A stretch of 64,000 nt of DNA. It comes from Nitrosopumilus sp. Lineage in GTDB: Archaea; Thermoproteota; Nitrososphaeria; Nitrososphaerales; Nitrosopumilaceae. The position numbers and the translations under genes were made by a program. Of this stretch, positions 41,090 to 51,135 are shown one piece after another. Within the stretch, counting starts at the first letter, position 1; the number at the start of each line of letters is the position of its first letter. The notes beneath the pieces are model-generated. The model was not told where the DNA came from. It ran no database searches and saw only the letters and a list, made by a program, of their open reading frames with translations. The DNA lies in assembly GCA_965203315.1 (NCBI GenBank), contig OZ241857.1, positions 832,001 through 896,000 of the forward strand, written 5' to 3'.

Positions 41090-41340
41090 GTATTCTTTGG
41101 TTTACATGGAACAAAATTTTTACAGAAAAAGTACTATGTGATTCTATAGTCGTGAACATGAGAATTTTCCTAGTGTTCAGTATCACAATTTGGTGTTATA
41201 TGTTCTGCCAGAGGTAAATTCCGTCTCTGATCCCACATATACGGGAGTAAACAAGAAAACAATTCCATTCGTGACCACATAATGAAAATTTAGTGAGAAC
41301 ATTCTTGTAAAGGATCATCTCATGTAAATCGAAGAGATTC
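41090..41340. mobile_element. MITE family A copy split by a nested ~131-bp insert (41147-41277)
   Basis: Left end GTATTCTTTGGTTTACATGG and right end CATGTAAATCGAAGAGATTC; removing the insert leaves ~120 bp. Confidence 0.65.
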
Positions 41341-41370
41341 TATAGAGCAGATATTATTTGTAATATGTGA

Positions 41371-41589
41371 TTACGCTCTATAAAAGAACCAGTTCTTGAA
41401 CTTTGATAGTATTACAACCCAGATCACAACCATGATAATCGCAACTATACCTTTGAGGAGAGATGTTACAATCTCATCAAGAGTACCAAATCCAGATATT
41501 GATAGAGGTCCAAGAATGATCACTGCGAATCCACCACCAAGAATGATCAACCCCCACATGCCAAGTAAAAATATGACAAGTTGTTTCAT
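41371..41589 (-). CDS. Small two-TM membrane protein
   Basis: Two hydrophobic helices; 4-nt overlap with the upstream gene. Confidence 0.75.
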   Translation of the reverse strand: MKQLVIFLLGMWGLIILGGGFAVIILGPLSISGFGTLDEIVTSLLKGIVAIIMVVIWVVILSKFKNWFFYRA

Positions 41590-42569
41590 AACATCATCAA
41601 CGCCGTAATTATGGCAAGACCTCCTGAAAATATACAGAGTTTGTAGACTGCCATACCCAGTTGACGTTCTGTTAGTGGTCCTCCTCTAAGAATCAGGCGC
41701 ACTAGTGATACAGGAGCGTTTGGATCGTCGGTTGCGCGTAGCAATAGATCTCTACCAAAGGTTACGCCTGCGCCTCCAGCCTTTTTGTACTCGACTATAC
41801 GTTTTACACTAGATAGAAATAGAAACGAGTTAAAGATTGCAGGAAGTAGTGCTACTGCTGCAACGATCTCGACTCCACCATAGATTGCAATGGCGCCGTA
41901 CATTGCTCCAAACAAGAGAGCTCCAGAATCGCCAGGAAATATTCTAGTAGGAATCTTGTGATATCTATAAAACGCAACTGATATCATTACAAGAAGTAGA
42001 GATGCAGATGCAATCTCATAGTTTTGTACAATTACTAGAGATATCGTTACCGCAGAGCCAGAGATTATCATAACCATGCTTGCTATTCCATTGGCAACAT
42101 CGATCGAGTTTATAGTATTTCCGAGAACCACTATCATCATCACGATCAGTCCGACATACAATAGCGGAATTTGAACCATCCCAAATAGTGGAAAGACTAG
42201 ATTGGTATCATATGCACCTATCAACAGTATCGGAACAGCAGCTACCGCCAAACCGATCGGCTTGAACCATCCCGTCATAGGTCTCCTATCATCGACATAT
42301 CCGACAACAAATGCGGCTATGGTTGTAAACAGTATCCCGAGAATAGCATCTAGTTGTAAAAATGCATAAAGAATGATCCCTGACGTAACAACTCCACCAA
42401 GTAGAGAGATACCTCCAGGTCTTGGCACCATGACCTTACCTGCCTTGTGAACGTCAGGTACTGTCATGTCTCGGGCTGTCAGATATTTGATCAGAGGAGA
42501 AGTAGTTACATAGACCGCACCAAATGCTACTGCGCTAGACAACATTGCATAATATAGCATGTCGATCAA
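41586..42569 (-). CDS. UDP-GlcNAc:polyprenol-phosphate GlcNAc-1-P transferase (MraY/GPT family)
   Basis: VPRPGG, GYVDD, NTINSIDVANG and IFPGDSG motifs; multi-TM. Confidence 0.9.
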   Translation of the reverse strand: MIDMLYYAMLSSAVAFGAVYVTTSPLIKYLTARDMTVPDVHKAGKVMVPRPGGISLLGGVVTSGIILYAFLQLDAILGILFTTIAAFVVGYVDDRRPMTGWFKPIGLAVAAVPILLIGAYDTNLVFPLFGMVQIPLLYVGLIVMMIVVLGNTINSIDVANGIASMVMIISGSAVTISLVIVQNYEIASASLLLVMISVAFYRYHKIPTRIFPGDSGALLFGAMYGAIAIYGGVEIVAAVALLPAIFNSFLFLSSVKRIVEYKKAGGAGVTFGRDLLLRATDDPNAPVSLVRLILRGGPLTERQLGMAVYKLCIFSGGLAIITALMML

Positions 42570-42571
42570 GA

Positions 42572-44686
42572 CTATCGTACTCGTTGTGCAGATACTTTTA
42601 ACTTGTCTGCAAGTTTTGGTCCAATCTTGTCAATCTTGGCAAGTTTAGTTGCAGGTGTACGTCCGAGAGCAGTAGCAGTCTTTATTCCACTTTTGTGTAA
42701 TTTGCGGGCACGTGCTCGTCCTATTCCTTTGACTCTGACTAGATCTAGTAGATCAGACTTTATCCCATATTTGATTCTCGTTCGTAAAACATCAAGCTCT
42801 TCTAGTAGATCACCACGATCTATATGCTTTGAGAGCTCTCGCATACAATAGAACAGCCAATCGGCATTCTCTACCATACGATACATGTCACCGGATTCGA
42901 GACCAAGGCTGTCAGATATTTTAGTATAACTAGACTCGTTTATCCACTCATTCAAGGCAATCAGGCTACGCGAATACTCGCCACGTATATCAATCGCTTC
43001 ATCGCGTATCTTAGGATGCAGTTCGCTCAATAGAGAGTAATCTTTTTCACGTAGGTAAAAGTTTGGAAAGAACTCGACAGCTTGAGTCACTAAATGTAGA
43101 TAACTGAGTGTATGAGATCGTTTAGACGATACACTCTCCAGTGCAGTTTTGAATTGAGTAGCAGTCTCGGGATCAATATACAACTTTACAACCTCATTTC
43201 CAAACTCTGTGGCAGCATATCGATCTCTCTTCTCTATCAACATCTCTTGATCGATTAGAGATCGCAGTGCCAAATCTAGGCTAAATCTTAGCGTCGTTTT
43301 AGGTATCTGTGATCCACCAAGTGTATGCGAAAAGAACTCGATCAACTCATCATGTGTGATACCAGGTTTGGTAGAGACTACTGCAAGTGTATGAACTCGT
43401 AGTGCACGATCACTAGTTATTGCAGACTCTATAGGCTCTGGTGTGCCATCTACATATCTATCATAGACTTCATCGATGGTATAGTTGGTAGCTATTATCG
43501 ACTCGCCGAGTTTGTCATATTGTGGTCTACCTGCTCGTCCACAGAGCTGTTTGTACTCGAGAACACTTATTGGGGCATTGATTCCAATCTTTGCATCATA
43601 TCGGGTAACACTAGATACGACTACACGTCTTGCAGGAAGATTTACTCCGGCTGCTAGAGTAGGAGTAGACGTCAAGAGTTTTATCGTCCCTCTACGAAAC
43701 TCGTCTTCGACTATTGTACGACAGTTTTGGTTTAGTCCCGCGTGATGAAATGCGACTCCTTTTTTGATCACATCTGCAAGAGTCTTTACGAGTTCAGTGT
43801 TCTCATTATCAGAGAGAATCTTGGATGATACCTTGGCTAGTCGTACTGTATCGTCAGTAGACAATAGCCGTTCTACTGCGCTAGTGGCCTTTACGGCAAG
43901 AGACTTTGAACGTGGTCGCGTAGCTGCAAACACCAACGACTGTCCACCATCAACTACACATTCAAGACCAAGATCGATAGCTAGTCCTCTGCTGCTAGTA
44001 GGTATGTCAAACTCTTGTCCGTTATTCATCACAACATGACCTCCACTACATACACCTTCAGCTAGTGGAACAGGTCGCCAGTCATTCTCAACTAATTTGC
44101 AACCTAGCCATCTTGCAATCTCGCCCGAGTTTGTAACTGTGGCGCTGAGACCGACTATTTGTGGTCTCGAATCGAGTCTCATCAGTTGTGTAAGAACCAT
44201 CTCCAGAGTGGGACCACGAGTCTCATCACCGATCAAGTGAATCTCGTCTGCTATTACCAATCCGATATTATCTATCCATTCATCACCGCGTCTGATCATC
44301 GAGTCCATCTTTTCGTTTGTAAGTACCAAGATGCTACGACTCTTGAGACCTCGAGCTGCTCGATCATAGTCACCCATGGATACACCAACCTTGAATCTGG
44401 TAGAGACTTGCTCTAGTTTTTTAAACTCGTGAAACTTTTCAGTTGCGAGTGCTCGTAGTGGGCTAAGATATACCACTGTACCGTTAGTCTTTGAGAGATA
44501 ACCCATAATCGCAAGCATTGCAATCAACGTCTTGCCACTAGCTGTTGGTGCAGATACCAAGAGACTCTTGCCGTCTAGTAGACCAGACTTTATGCTATCT
44601 GCTTGTGGTGGATACAACTTTGTGAATCCTTGAGATTTTAGAAAAGATATTGCAGACTCTGAGAGGTCGAGTTTGTCTATGTTCAT
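42572..44686 (-). CDS. hel308: Hel308/Ski2-like SF2 helicase
   Basis: APTASGKT, DEIH, LSAT, FHHAGL, TLAAGVNLP and GRAGRP motifs; C-terminal HhH. Confidence 0.94.
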   Translation of the reverse strand: MNIDKLDLSESAISFLKSQGFTKLYPPQADSIKSGLLDGKSLLVSAPTASGKTLIAMLAIMGYLSKTNGTVVYLSPLRALATEKFHEFKKLEQVSTRFKVGVSMGDYDRAARGLKSRSILVLTNEKMDSMIRRGDEWIDNIGLVIADEIHLIGDETRGPTLEMVLTQLMRLDSRPQIVGLSATVTNSGEIARWLGCKLVENDWRPVPLAEGVCSGGHVVMNNGQEFDIPTSSRGLAIDLGLECVVDGGQSLVFAATRPRSKSLAVKATSAVERLLSTDDTVRLAKVSSKILSDNENTELVKTLADVIKKGVAFHHAGLNQNCRTIVEDEFRRGTIKLLTSTPTLAAGVNLPARRVVVSSVTRYDAKIGINAPISVLEYKQLCGRAGRPQYDKLGESIIATNYTIDEVYDRYVDGTPEPIESAITSDRALRVHTLAVVSTKPGITHDELIEFFSHTLGGSQIPKTTLRFSLDLALRSLIDQEMLIEKRDRYAATEFGNEVVKLYIDPETATQFKTALESVSSKRSHTLSYLHLVTQAVEFFPNFYLREKDYSLLSELHPKIRDEAIDIRGEYSRSLIALNEWINESSYTKISDSLGLESGDMYRMVENADWLFYCMRELSKHIDRGDLLEELDVLRTRIKYGIKSDLLDLVRVKGIGRARARKLHKSGIKTATALGRTPATKLAKIDKIGPKLADKLKVSAQRVR

Positions 44687-46770
44687 ACTCTATTATAGTG
44701 ACCAGATTTTGGCTCATAAATAGTTCCTTCTTTTATCATCCGCTGGATATAGTTGTGAGCATCATCTTTGGTAAACTTTTCGGTCTTTTCAAGTTCGTCT
44801 ACTAGTTTACGCTCCTCTACAGGTATCTTGTTATCTCCCTCCATGCCTTTTAGTACATCCATGAAGAGCTGCATCCTAGAGACTTCACTTCGAGGTTTAC
44901 CGTGCAGTACACCTAGATCAACCTCTCCAGTATTTACGTCGACTCCGGCACCTTTGAGCATATTCTCTATTAGAAATATCGCTCGTTCTGCGTCCTCCTC
45001 TTCAACCTTGTCTTTCATCAGCAGACGTGCTCTAGCAGTAGACAGCCTGATGATTCCCTCTAGTTGACGAGGAGTGACGGTTATCATATCATCAGAGTCT
45101 ACGGTGCGCATCTTGAGATAGTACTCGATTATCTGATTCTTTGCAGCATCTGTCAGATCAGGTGTACCACGCTTTGCATATGCGAGATATTTAGTGAGCA
45201 TGTCTACATCGATGGGTGGACGCTTGATTATTCCTAGCGGAGTATGTAGATCTATGATATGTCTAGCAATCAGTTGATCGCGTTCTCGTCCTGCGACATC
45301 ACGAACCACAAAGATCAGATCAAATCTAGTCAATAGAGGGATCGGTATATTGATGTTCTCTGTAATGTTTTTGAATATATCGTACTTGCCATACATTGGG
45401 TTAGCTGCTGCCAAGATCGATGTTCGTGCATTAAGCGTCGCAACGATGCCACCCTTTGCAATACTTGCAGACTGTTGTTCCATCACTTCATGTAGTGCAG
45501 AACGATCTTCTGGTTTCATCTTGTCAAACTCGTCTATACTCACTAGACCCTGATCTCCTAGAACTACAGCTCCTGCCTCCAACATCATCATACCTGTTTT
45601 GTCTCGAACCACTGCTGCAGTTAGTCCAGCTGCTGTAGAGCCACGACCAGAGGTGTATAGACCACGCGGAGCTATACGTGAACAAAACTTTAGCATCTCA
45701 CTCTTTGCAGTACCTGGATCACCTACAAGAAAGATGTTGATATCACCTCGAATCTTACTGCCATCACCAAGAGAACGTTGATTGGATCCAACTATCAACA
45801 GCAAGATAGACTCTTTGATGATATCATGTCCGTGTATATGAGGTGCAAAAGAGTCGATCAGATCTTTATAAATCTCAGATCTACGAGATAGTGACTTTAT
45901 TATTTTTTCTTCCTCAGGAGATATCTCTTCACGTTCGATCTTGCGTGATGTCTTGGAGCCTCGTCCTCCAAGAAACTCGATATTGTTTCCTTCTATTCGT
46001 AGTCTGTATAAACTGCTATGTCCTCGGGTTACTCCTGTGACAGACTCTTGTTCTACACGCACTATTCCAGTCAGAGCTATTCTGTCGCCTGGTCTTGCGT
46101 TATCAACCAGATCCTGTCGTATAGTAATGTCAACATAATGAGGGAGTTGTCCCGGCGGTAGATCTTCTGGAAGCTCTTGTAGTCTGAGTATCTGAAAGTC
46201 GATAAACTTGCTCTCCTCTGGCTTTAGTTCAAACTCACGTAACTTACATTTTGGATTGTCACAAAGCGCAGGAGTCTTGACATCCATCCCCTTTATCTGA
46301 ACAACTTTGGTGATATGACCATCACCACATTTGAATACCAACTCTTTTGCAAGTGGTTTTACTTCAGATGCGCGTACAACCATTCCAGAGACAGATGTGA
46401 TTGTACCAATAGTCTCTGCATTGATCTGTCTAAGACTACGCTCTAGTGGAAAGTTTGCCAGTCTTACACGAATCTCATCCTTTATCTTTTCTGCATAATC
46501 AGGAAATCTTATCTGCAGTACCTCTTTGATTGCACGTGAGAATGCCGCAAGAATTTCATCGGGATTGGTAGTGAACATTGATGCAATCTCTTCTGTAAAG
46601 ACCAAGTCATTATAATCAACTACAATATATTTAGAGTTCTTGGGCATCATTGCATCTATTGCATCAATATACTTGTAGTCCCCCGATCTATCTTTGAATC
46701 GATTGAGAAATTCTTTCACCCTATCCGACAGTGCCGAGTCGGTATAGGCATCAGCTTGTTTTACGCTCAT
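44683..46770 (-). CDS. mcm: MCM replicative helicase (no intein)
   Basis: GDPGTAKS, IDEFDKM, LLTRFD and C-terminal winged helix. Confidence 0.97.
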   Translation of the reverse strand: MSVKQADAYTDSALSDRVKEFLNRFKDRSGDYKYIDAIDAMMPKNSKYIVVDYNDLVFTEEIASMFTTNPDEILAAFSRAIKEVLQIRFPDYAEKIKDEIRVRLANFPLERSLRQINAETIGTITSVSGMVVRASEVKPLAKELVFKCGDGHITKVVQIKGMDVKTPALCDNPKCKLREFELKPEESKFIDFQILRLQELPEDLPPGQLPHYVDITIRQDLVDNARPGDRIALTGIVRVEQESVTGVTRGHSSLYRLRIEGNNIEFLGGRGSKTSRKIEREEISPEEEKIIKSLSRRSEIYKDLIDSFAPHIHGHDIIKESILLLIVGSNQRSLGDGSKIRGDINIFLVGDPGTAKSEMLKFCSRIAPRGLYTSGRGSTAAGLTAAVVRDKTGMMMLEAGAVVLGDQGLVSIDEFDKMKPEDRSALHEVMEQQSASIAKGGIVATLNARTSILAAANPMYGKYDIFKNITENINIPIPLLTRFDLIFVVRDVAGRERDQLIARHIIDLHTPLGIIKRPPIDVDMLTKYLAYAKRGTPDLTDAAKNQIIEYYLKMRTVDSDDMITVTPRQLEGIIRLSTARARLLMKDKVEEEDAERAIFLIENMLKGAGVDVNTGEVDLGVLHGKPRSEVSRMQLFMDVLKGMEGDNKIPVEERKLVDELEKTEKFTKDDAHNYIQRMIKEGTIYEPKSGHYNRV

Positions 46771-47281
46771 CTCGCTTACCTTTTATCTGTCGTTCGAACT
46801 CTAAGATACTGTCGCGTATAGATTGGTAGAATGTGATCTCTTCGATTGCGAGTTTGTTGTATAGATCAGCGTTCAGATTTGTGGTATCGGCCATCTTTAT
46901 CAGCTTGCCACGCCTCATTCGAAAGAGTTCAAGCATCATACTCTCAGTTCGGTCATAGTCATAACGATCGAGTGTACTCATCTCGACCTTGAGTTGAATG
47001 TAAAAATGTGGATATAGTGTTGCAAGTTTGTACTCGCCGATCATCTTCTCTTTTGATAATGCCTGCTTGAGTTCAGATATCATGTCAGGCAACTCTAACG
47101 TAACATAGTTTTTGTCTTGGAGGATCCTTCCTATCCATTGTGGTGCATTGATCACCTCGCCCTCTGATCCCTTGATCTTTATACCGGCGACATCGATCTT
47201 GATGTCACGGTTTAGCGTTGTCTTGACCTCCTTTAGACTATACCCTATAGAATGAATACTTTCAGCATCGATTATCTCCAT
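46751..47281 (-). CDS. GINS subunit (Gins23-type)
   Basis: B-domain then A-domain order (PQWIG...L..HFY...RRGKL...EE..FY); overlaps the mcm start. Confidence 0.82.
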   Translation of the reverse strand: MEIIDAESIHSIGYSLKEVKTTLNRDIKIDVAGIKIKGSEGEVINAPQWIGRILQDKNYVTLELPDMISELKQALSKEKMIGEYKLATLYPHFYIQLKVEMSTLDRYDYDRTESMMLELFRMRRGKLIKMADTTNLNADLYNKLAIEEITFYQSIRDSILEFERQIKGKRDERKTS

Positions 47282-47679
47282 ACATGGACGTCAAGTTGTA
47301 CAATTTTGGTGTACAAACATTCAATAAATTAGCTAAAGACATAAAAATCATTATACAGACATTTAGTAGCAAGTAATCAAATATTACGGAGACATACATT
47401 ATACTTTATTGTACGGTAACCTATATTAAAACATGGTGATTGTCGGTTCTGCGTATCTTTTGGGCTGAGAATTTGATAAAGTATGCAATATTACTATTGG
47501 CTTTGCATACTGTTCACGTCATCAGAATCCTCAAGATCGGCGACCTCCTCCACTCAGTCAATTCACAAATCTGTTGGATAACAAAAGCTTTTTGCCCATC
47601 ATTTAACAGATTTCGAATGTTGAACTTGTATGTGGTTTAAAGATCATTCGGTGGTGCCAGATAACCAATTGTCAAAGCT

Positions 47680-48924
47680 CAGACATCGCAAAAGTAACTA
47701 TAATTTAACCAAAAGATCAAAAATATCGATCAAACAAAGTCAATAAGGATTGCATGTCTCAGGAATCTAATGCGCAAACAATCAGACTCGCTGAGACAAG
47801 CAGTATCTAGAAACCGTTCTACTTATAGATATATTTTCATAAACGCTATGGATCAGATACCATTCAAAGTATCTAATTATCACAATGCCAAATACACAAA
47901 ATGGGACGGACTCAAGATCATCATAGATGCGGCAGTAGCAAACAAATCTCCTGCTGATCGTTCCAGATTGATCAGAGATAGTGATGGTTATGCACCTACA
48001 GGCGAATGGATTAGGAAGAGGATCGAAGAGACGTGTGAGAAACCGATAGATGAGATATTCAAGTATGCCGTGACGCAACACCTGTCAGAGCTAAAACGGC
48101 TTGGTCGCTTTCCTCGACATCCTATCATTGGAGTAGACAGAACGAGTTTTTCAAGATATGATAAAGATAATCCAGATCTGATTAAGGGTAGAGCGAAAGA
48201 TGGTACGACTGTATTTGAGACACACATCTCTGCACAGCTGGTCAACCCCGGCACAAGACTTGTTTTATCTACATTTTCAGTCAAAAAAGGGGAAAAAATG
48301 CTGATTTTATGCCTAAAATTGTAGATTTTTACGAAATAAACTCTACAAGACCAGCGCTGTTTGTTGCCGATCGTGGGTTTTATTCAGTTGCTATGATCAA
48401 ATTCTTGAATGGAACTAGACACAAATATCTGATGCCATGCGTAAACACTTCTGGCATAAAAAAAGCAATAGAGGAATACAAACGAGGAGAACGAGTTAGA
48501 GTGTCAAAATATGTAATAAAGAACAACAAGGATCAAGCAGGATGTTACATCATAATAACTCGTGACAGAGATGACCCAGAAGAGTATAGAGCATTTGCAA
48601 CAAATGATCCAAATATTGATCTAGAGAAATATCGCGATCGTTGGGAGATTGAGAATGGATTCAAATTTACTCGAAATATGCGTGTTAGAACTCACAGTAG
48701 ATCAACACCGTGTAGAACATACATGTTCATGTCTGCACAAATGTTGCTAAACTTGTGGACTATATTCAATCTTGTATTGTTGGTTGAAGGTATCACATCT
48801 CACAAGATGTACCAAAGCTTGTTTCTTAAAACAGTGCAAACATTGATCGAGATCCCACCTGAGCCTCCGCCTGAGCCGATTGCACCCTAGATGCCAAAAT
48901 TTACACGTACATTTGCGATGTCTG
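47680..48924 (+). mobile_element. ISH3-family element, 1245 bp
   Basis: 13-bp TIR CAGACATCGCAAA; 5-bp TSD AAGCT at 47675-47679 and 48925-48929. Confidence 0.92.
47770..48890 (+). pseudogene. ISH3/IS4-clan DDE transposase split by one -1 frameshift near 48283-48300
   Basis: ORF1 IIGVDRT; ORF2 VADRGFYS and YRDRWEIENGFK; junction in AAAAAAGGGGAAAAAA. Confidence 0.85.
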
Positions 48925-49022
48925 AAGCTCCTTATCAGTAACAAGAATCAGAGTCAATTAGGCCACTCAAAAACTTGTGTTGCAAAATATAATGTAAGAG
49001 GTCTTCTTCAAATGATGAAATT

Positions 49023-49748
49023 TTATTGGAATCGATTGTGATCAGATTGGTCTCTATGCTTCACTAGTTCAGTCAGCTCTTTAATCGCATCTAACATATG
49101 TTTATTTTCTCTTCGCAACATATCTAATTCAGCAACAGCGTCTTGAATATTTGTAAACGTAACCATTTTATACCAAAAATCTGCATATTTATGAAATGTG
49201 TTAACTAGTACGTCAACACTTGCGTCAGACAATCCGTTTTCTGAACATAATTGTTTAACATAATCATCAGAAATGCTACGCCGTTGTAACTGATTCATGT
49301 AGTTGCTTGAAAAGTCTCCAAAACATTGAATGAAGTCTACAGTTACGTCATATTTTTTGGCCAATTCATCTAGAGAAATTTGCTTTATCCACATATCGTT
49401 CATAATATTTGGGATGTTTTCTTGAAAATTTTTGTCAGAAATTTTTGCCAATATACTTATTTCATATTGAACAGTAGGTGCTTGTTTTATGACTGCACTA
49501 ACTAATAATCTAGCATAAGCCTCTTCCATTCCCAATTGGAAGAGTTTGTCGCCTATAGTAGTTTCGTGGTGCTTAGAAATATCATTACGTATTGCGTCTA
49601 GTATTGGTAACATCCTATTCAATAATTCGTTGTGGTCATACACATAACCGAGATCGGCTACAATTGATGCTTTCTCTTGAGGCGTAAGAGAATTAAAAAA
49701 AGATATTGTCGTCTTGATATTAGATAGATCGCTTCCAAATATACTCAT
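49023..49748 (-). CDS. Hypothetical all-helical protein with C-terminal coiled coil
   Basis: 241-aa AT-rich ORF between IS elements. Confidence 0.75.
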   Translation of the reverse strand: MSIFGSDLSNIKTTISFFNSLTPQEKASIVADLGYVYDHNELLNRMLPILDAIRNDISKHHETTIGDKLFQLGMEEAYARLLVSAVIKQAPTVQYEISILAKISDKNFQENIPNIMNDMWIKQISLDELAKKYDVTVDFIQCFGDFSSNYMNQLQRRSISDDYVKQLCSENGLSDASVDVLVNTFHKYADFWYKMVTFTNIQDAVAELDMLRRENKHMLDAIKELTELVKHRDQSDHNRFQ

Positions 49749-49948
49749 ATGTCAAGTACACCATCAATTTTGTCAATCAAACAGTCAATCTTTAATTTAA
49801 ACTCACGTGCGTGATTGATACGAATCTTTTGGGGAGCATATACTGCTAAATTCAAATCATTAAATAATCGCTTTTTGTTTGGATCAAACGCAACAGTTGC
49901 TTTCATAATAAGAGTGTATACATCATGTTTAAAAACATTACGGGACAA
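49745..49948 (-). CDS. Small hypothetical protein, possibly 5'-truncated by IS481
   Basis: 4-nt overlap with the downstream ORF; begins 10 nt from the IS481 end. Confidence 0.4.
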   Translation of the reverse strand: MSRNVFKHDVYTLIMKATVAFDPNKKRLFNDLNLAVYAPQKIRINHAREFKLKIDCLIDKIDGVLDI

Positions 49949-49957
49949 GGCAGTAGG

Positions 49958-50572
49958 TGTGGGATCCGGAAAGTAGTTCGCCCCTCAGTTGACACGATAT
50001 TCATCTCTTGACGACTCGTCAATAATCGTTCCTTCTCTTGGCATCTTTCTACTAAATGCTTCATGAGGTGCCTCGTACCCACCTTTTCCAAGAGACATGT
50101 GTGGTCGTTCGTAATTGTGGTTGTGTACGAATAGGTCTACTGGATCACTAACTCTGCATAATTGCTTCAAAGGCAATTTACGTTGAACTTCACCGAACCA
50201 TCTCTCTATCTTGCCATTGGTCTGTGGATGTCCAACTCTAGCACGAATGTATTTGGTGCCCAGTTCTATCAGCCACATCTCAAATTTGGATACTCCCTTT
50301 TCTTGACCTCTGACTTGCAGAACTGTGTTTCACGATCAGTGAGTATTGCAGTTGGTTTTCCACGATTTTTGATCGCCTCCTCTAATACTGCAAGTGCGTT
50401 CTCTGTTGTTGCGGGATCAAACACTCCATATCCAACTATAAACCTAAAGCATCGTCTAGATATGCGATTAACCATCTGCCACCACATAGTTTATAGTCAG
50501 CATGCCATAACGAATTAGAGAATTCACGCTCATATTGTACCCATTTGTGTTGTTGATTCTTTTTTGGTTCTC
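49958..50572 (-). pseudogene. IS481-family transposase remnant with right end
   Basis: YEREFSNSLWHADY, ILTDRETQF, HPQTNGKIERWF and YERPHMSL across at least two frameshifts; end begins TGT. Confidence 0.9.
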
Positions 50573-50796
50573 ATCCAGATAGACACTCATCTCGTCTTAT
50601 GAATATGTCATGTAAGAACTAGACAAGATGCCTATCAAAGTGACATCTATCAAATGCGGTAGGACGCGTGTCAAGAAACATACAATTTATGTCAACTGAT
50701 TAAACAGAACCCAATTACCGGTGTCGCTCATGTGAGATAGTTTTGGCATACAAAATCTAAGAATCCTACTAAAATATACAAAAAGGGTTTTGGGAT

Positions 50797-50886
50797 CTAG
50801 TCCCAGCCGCCTTGGCAGTCATTGTCAGCAAATCCAGGTCCACAGGGTTCAAAAGTACTCGCGTTACGATTTACGTTTCTCTTCAC
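50797..50886 (-). CDS. Candidate 29-aa microprotein MKRNVNRNASTFEPCGPGFADNDCQGGWD (alternatively a small RNA)
   Basis: GTG...TAG ORF; TATA-like TATAATTTTATAT upstream; TGGGA-CTAGA-TCCCA hairpin and T tracts downstream; GC-richer than its flanks. Confidence 0.5.
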   Translation of the reverse strand: MKRNVNRNASTFEPCGPGFADNDCQGGWD

Positions 50887-51135
50887 GTATTACACTATGC
50901 AGAACATATAAAATTATAGACTAGATTCCCAAATCGTCTGTATGTCATTTGATCATGGAGACATGATAAGGAATCTAGGAAAACAAGCCATATCCCAAAA
51001 CTCTTAAAACATCAGACACATCTCTACAACTTGACAAATCTTTGGTCTCAGAATAAAATCGGATCCAATTCAAATCACAAATATGATGAAACGCTCAACT
51101 CGGATTTATTAGTGGGTTTTTAGTCCAGATATTAA

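Noticed and set aside
44683-46770. Intein in MCM or RFC
   Set aside because: Lengths are canonical and the ATPase motifs are uninterrupted
50780-50905. 5S rRNA or other known structural RNA
   Set aside because: Lacks the conserved 5S CCGAAC loop and terminal helix pairing; kept only as a micro-ORF/sRNA candidate
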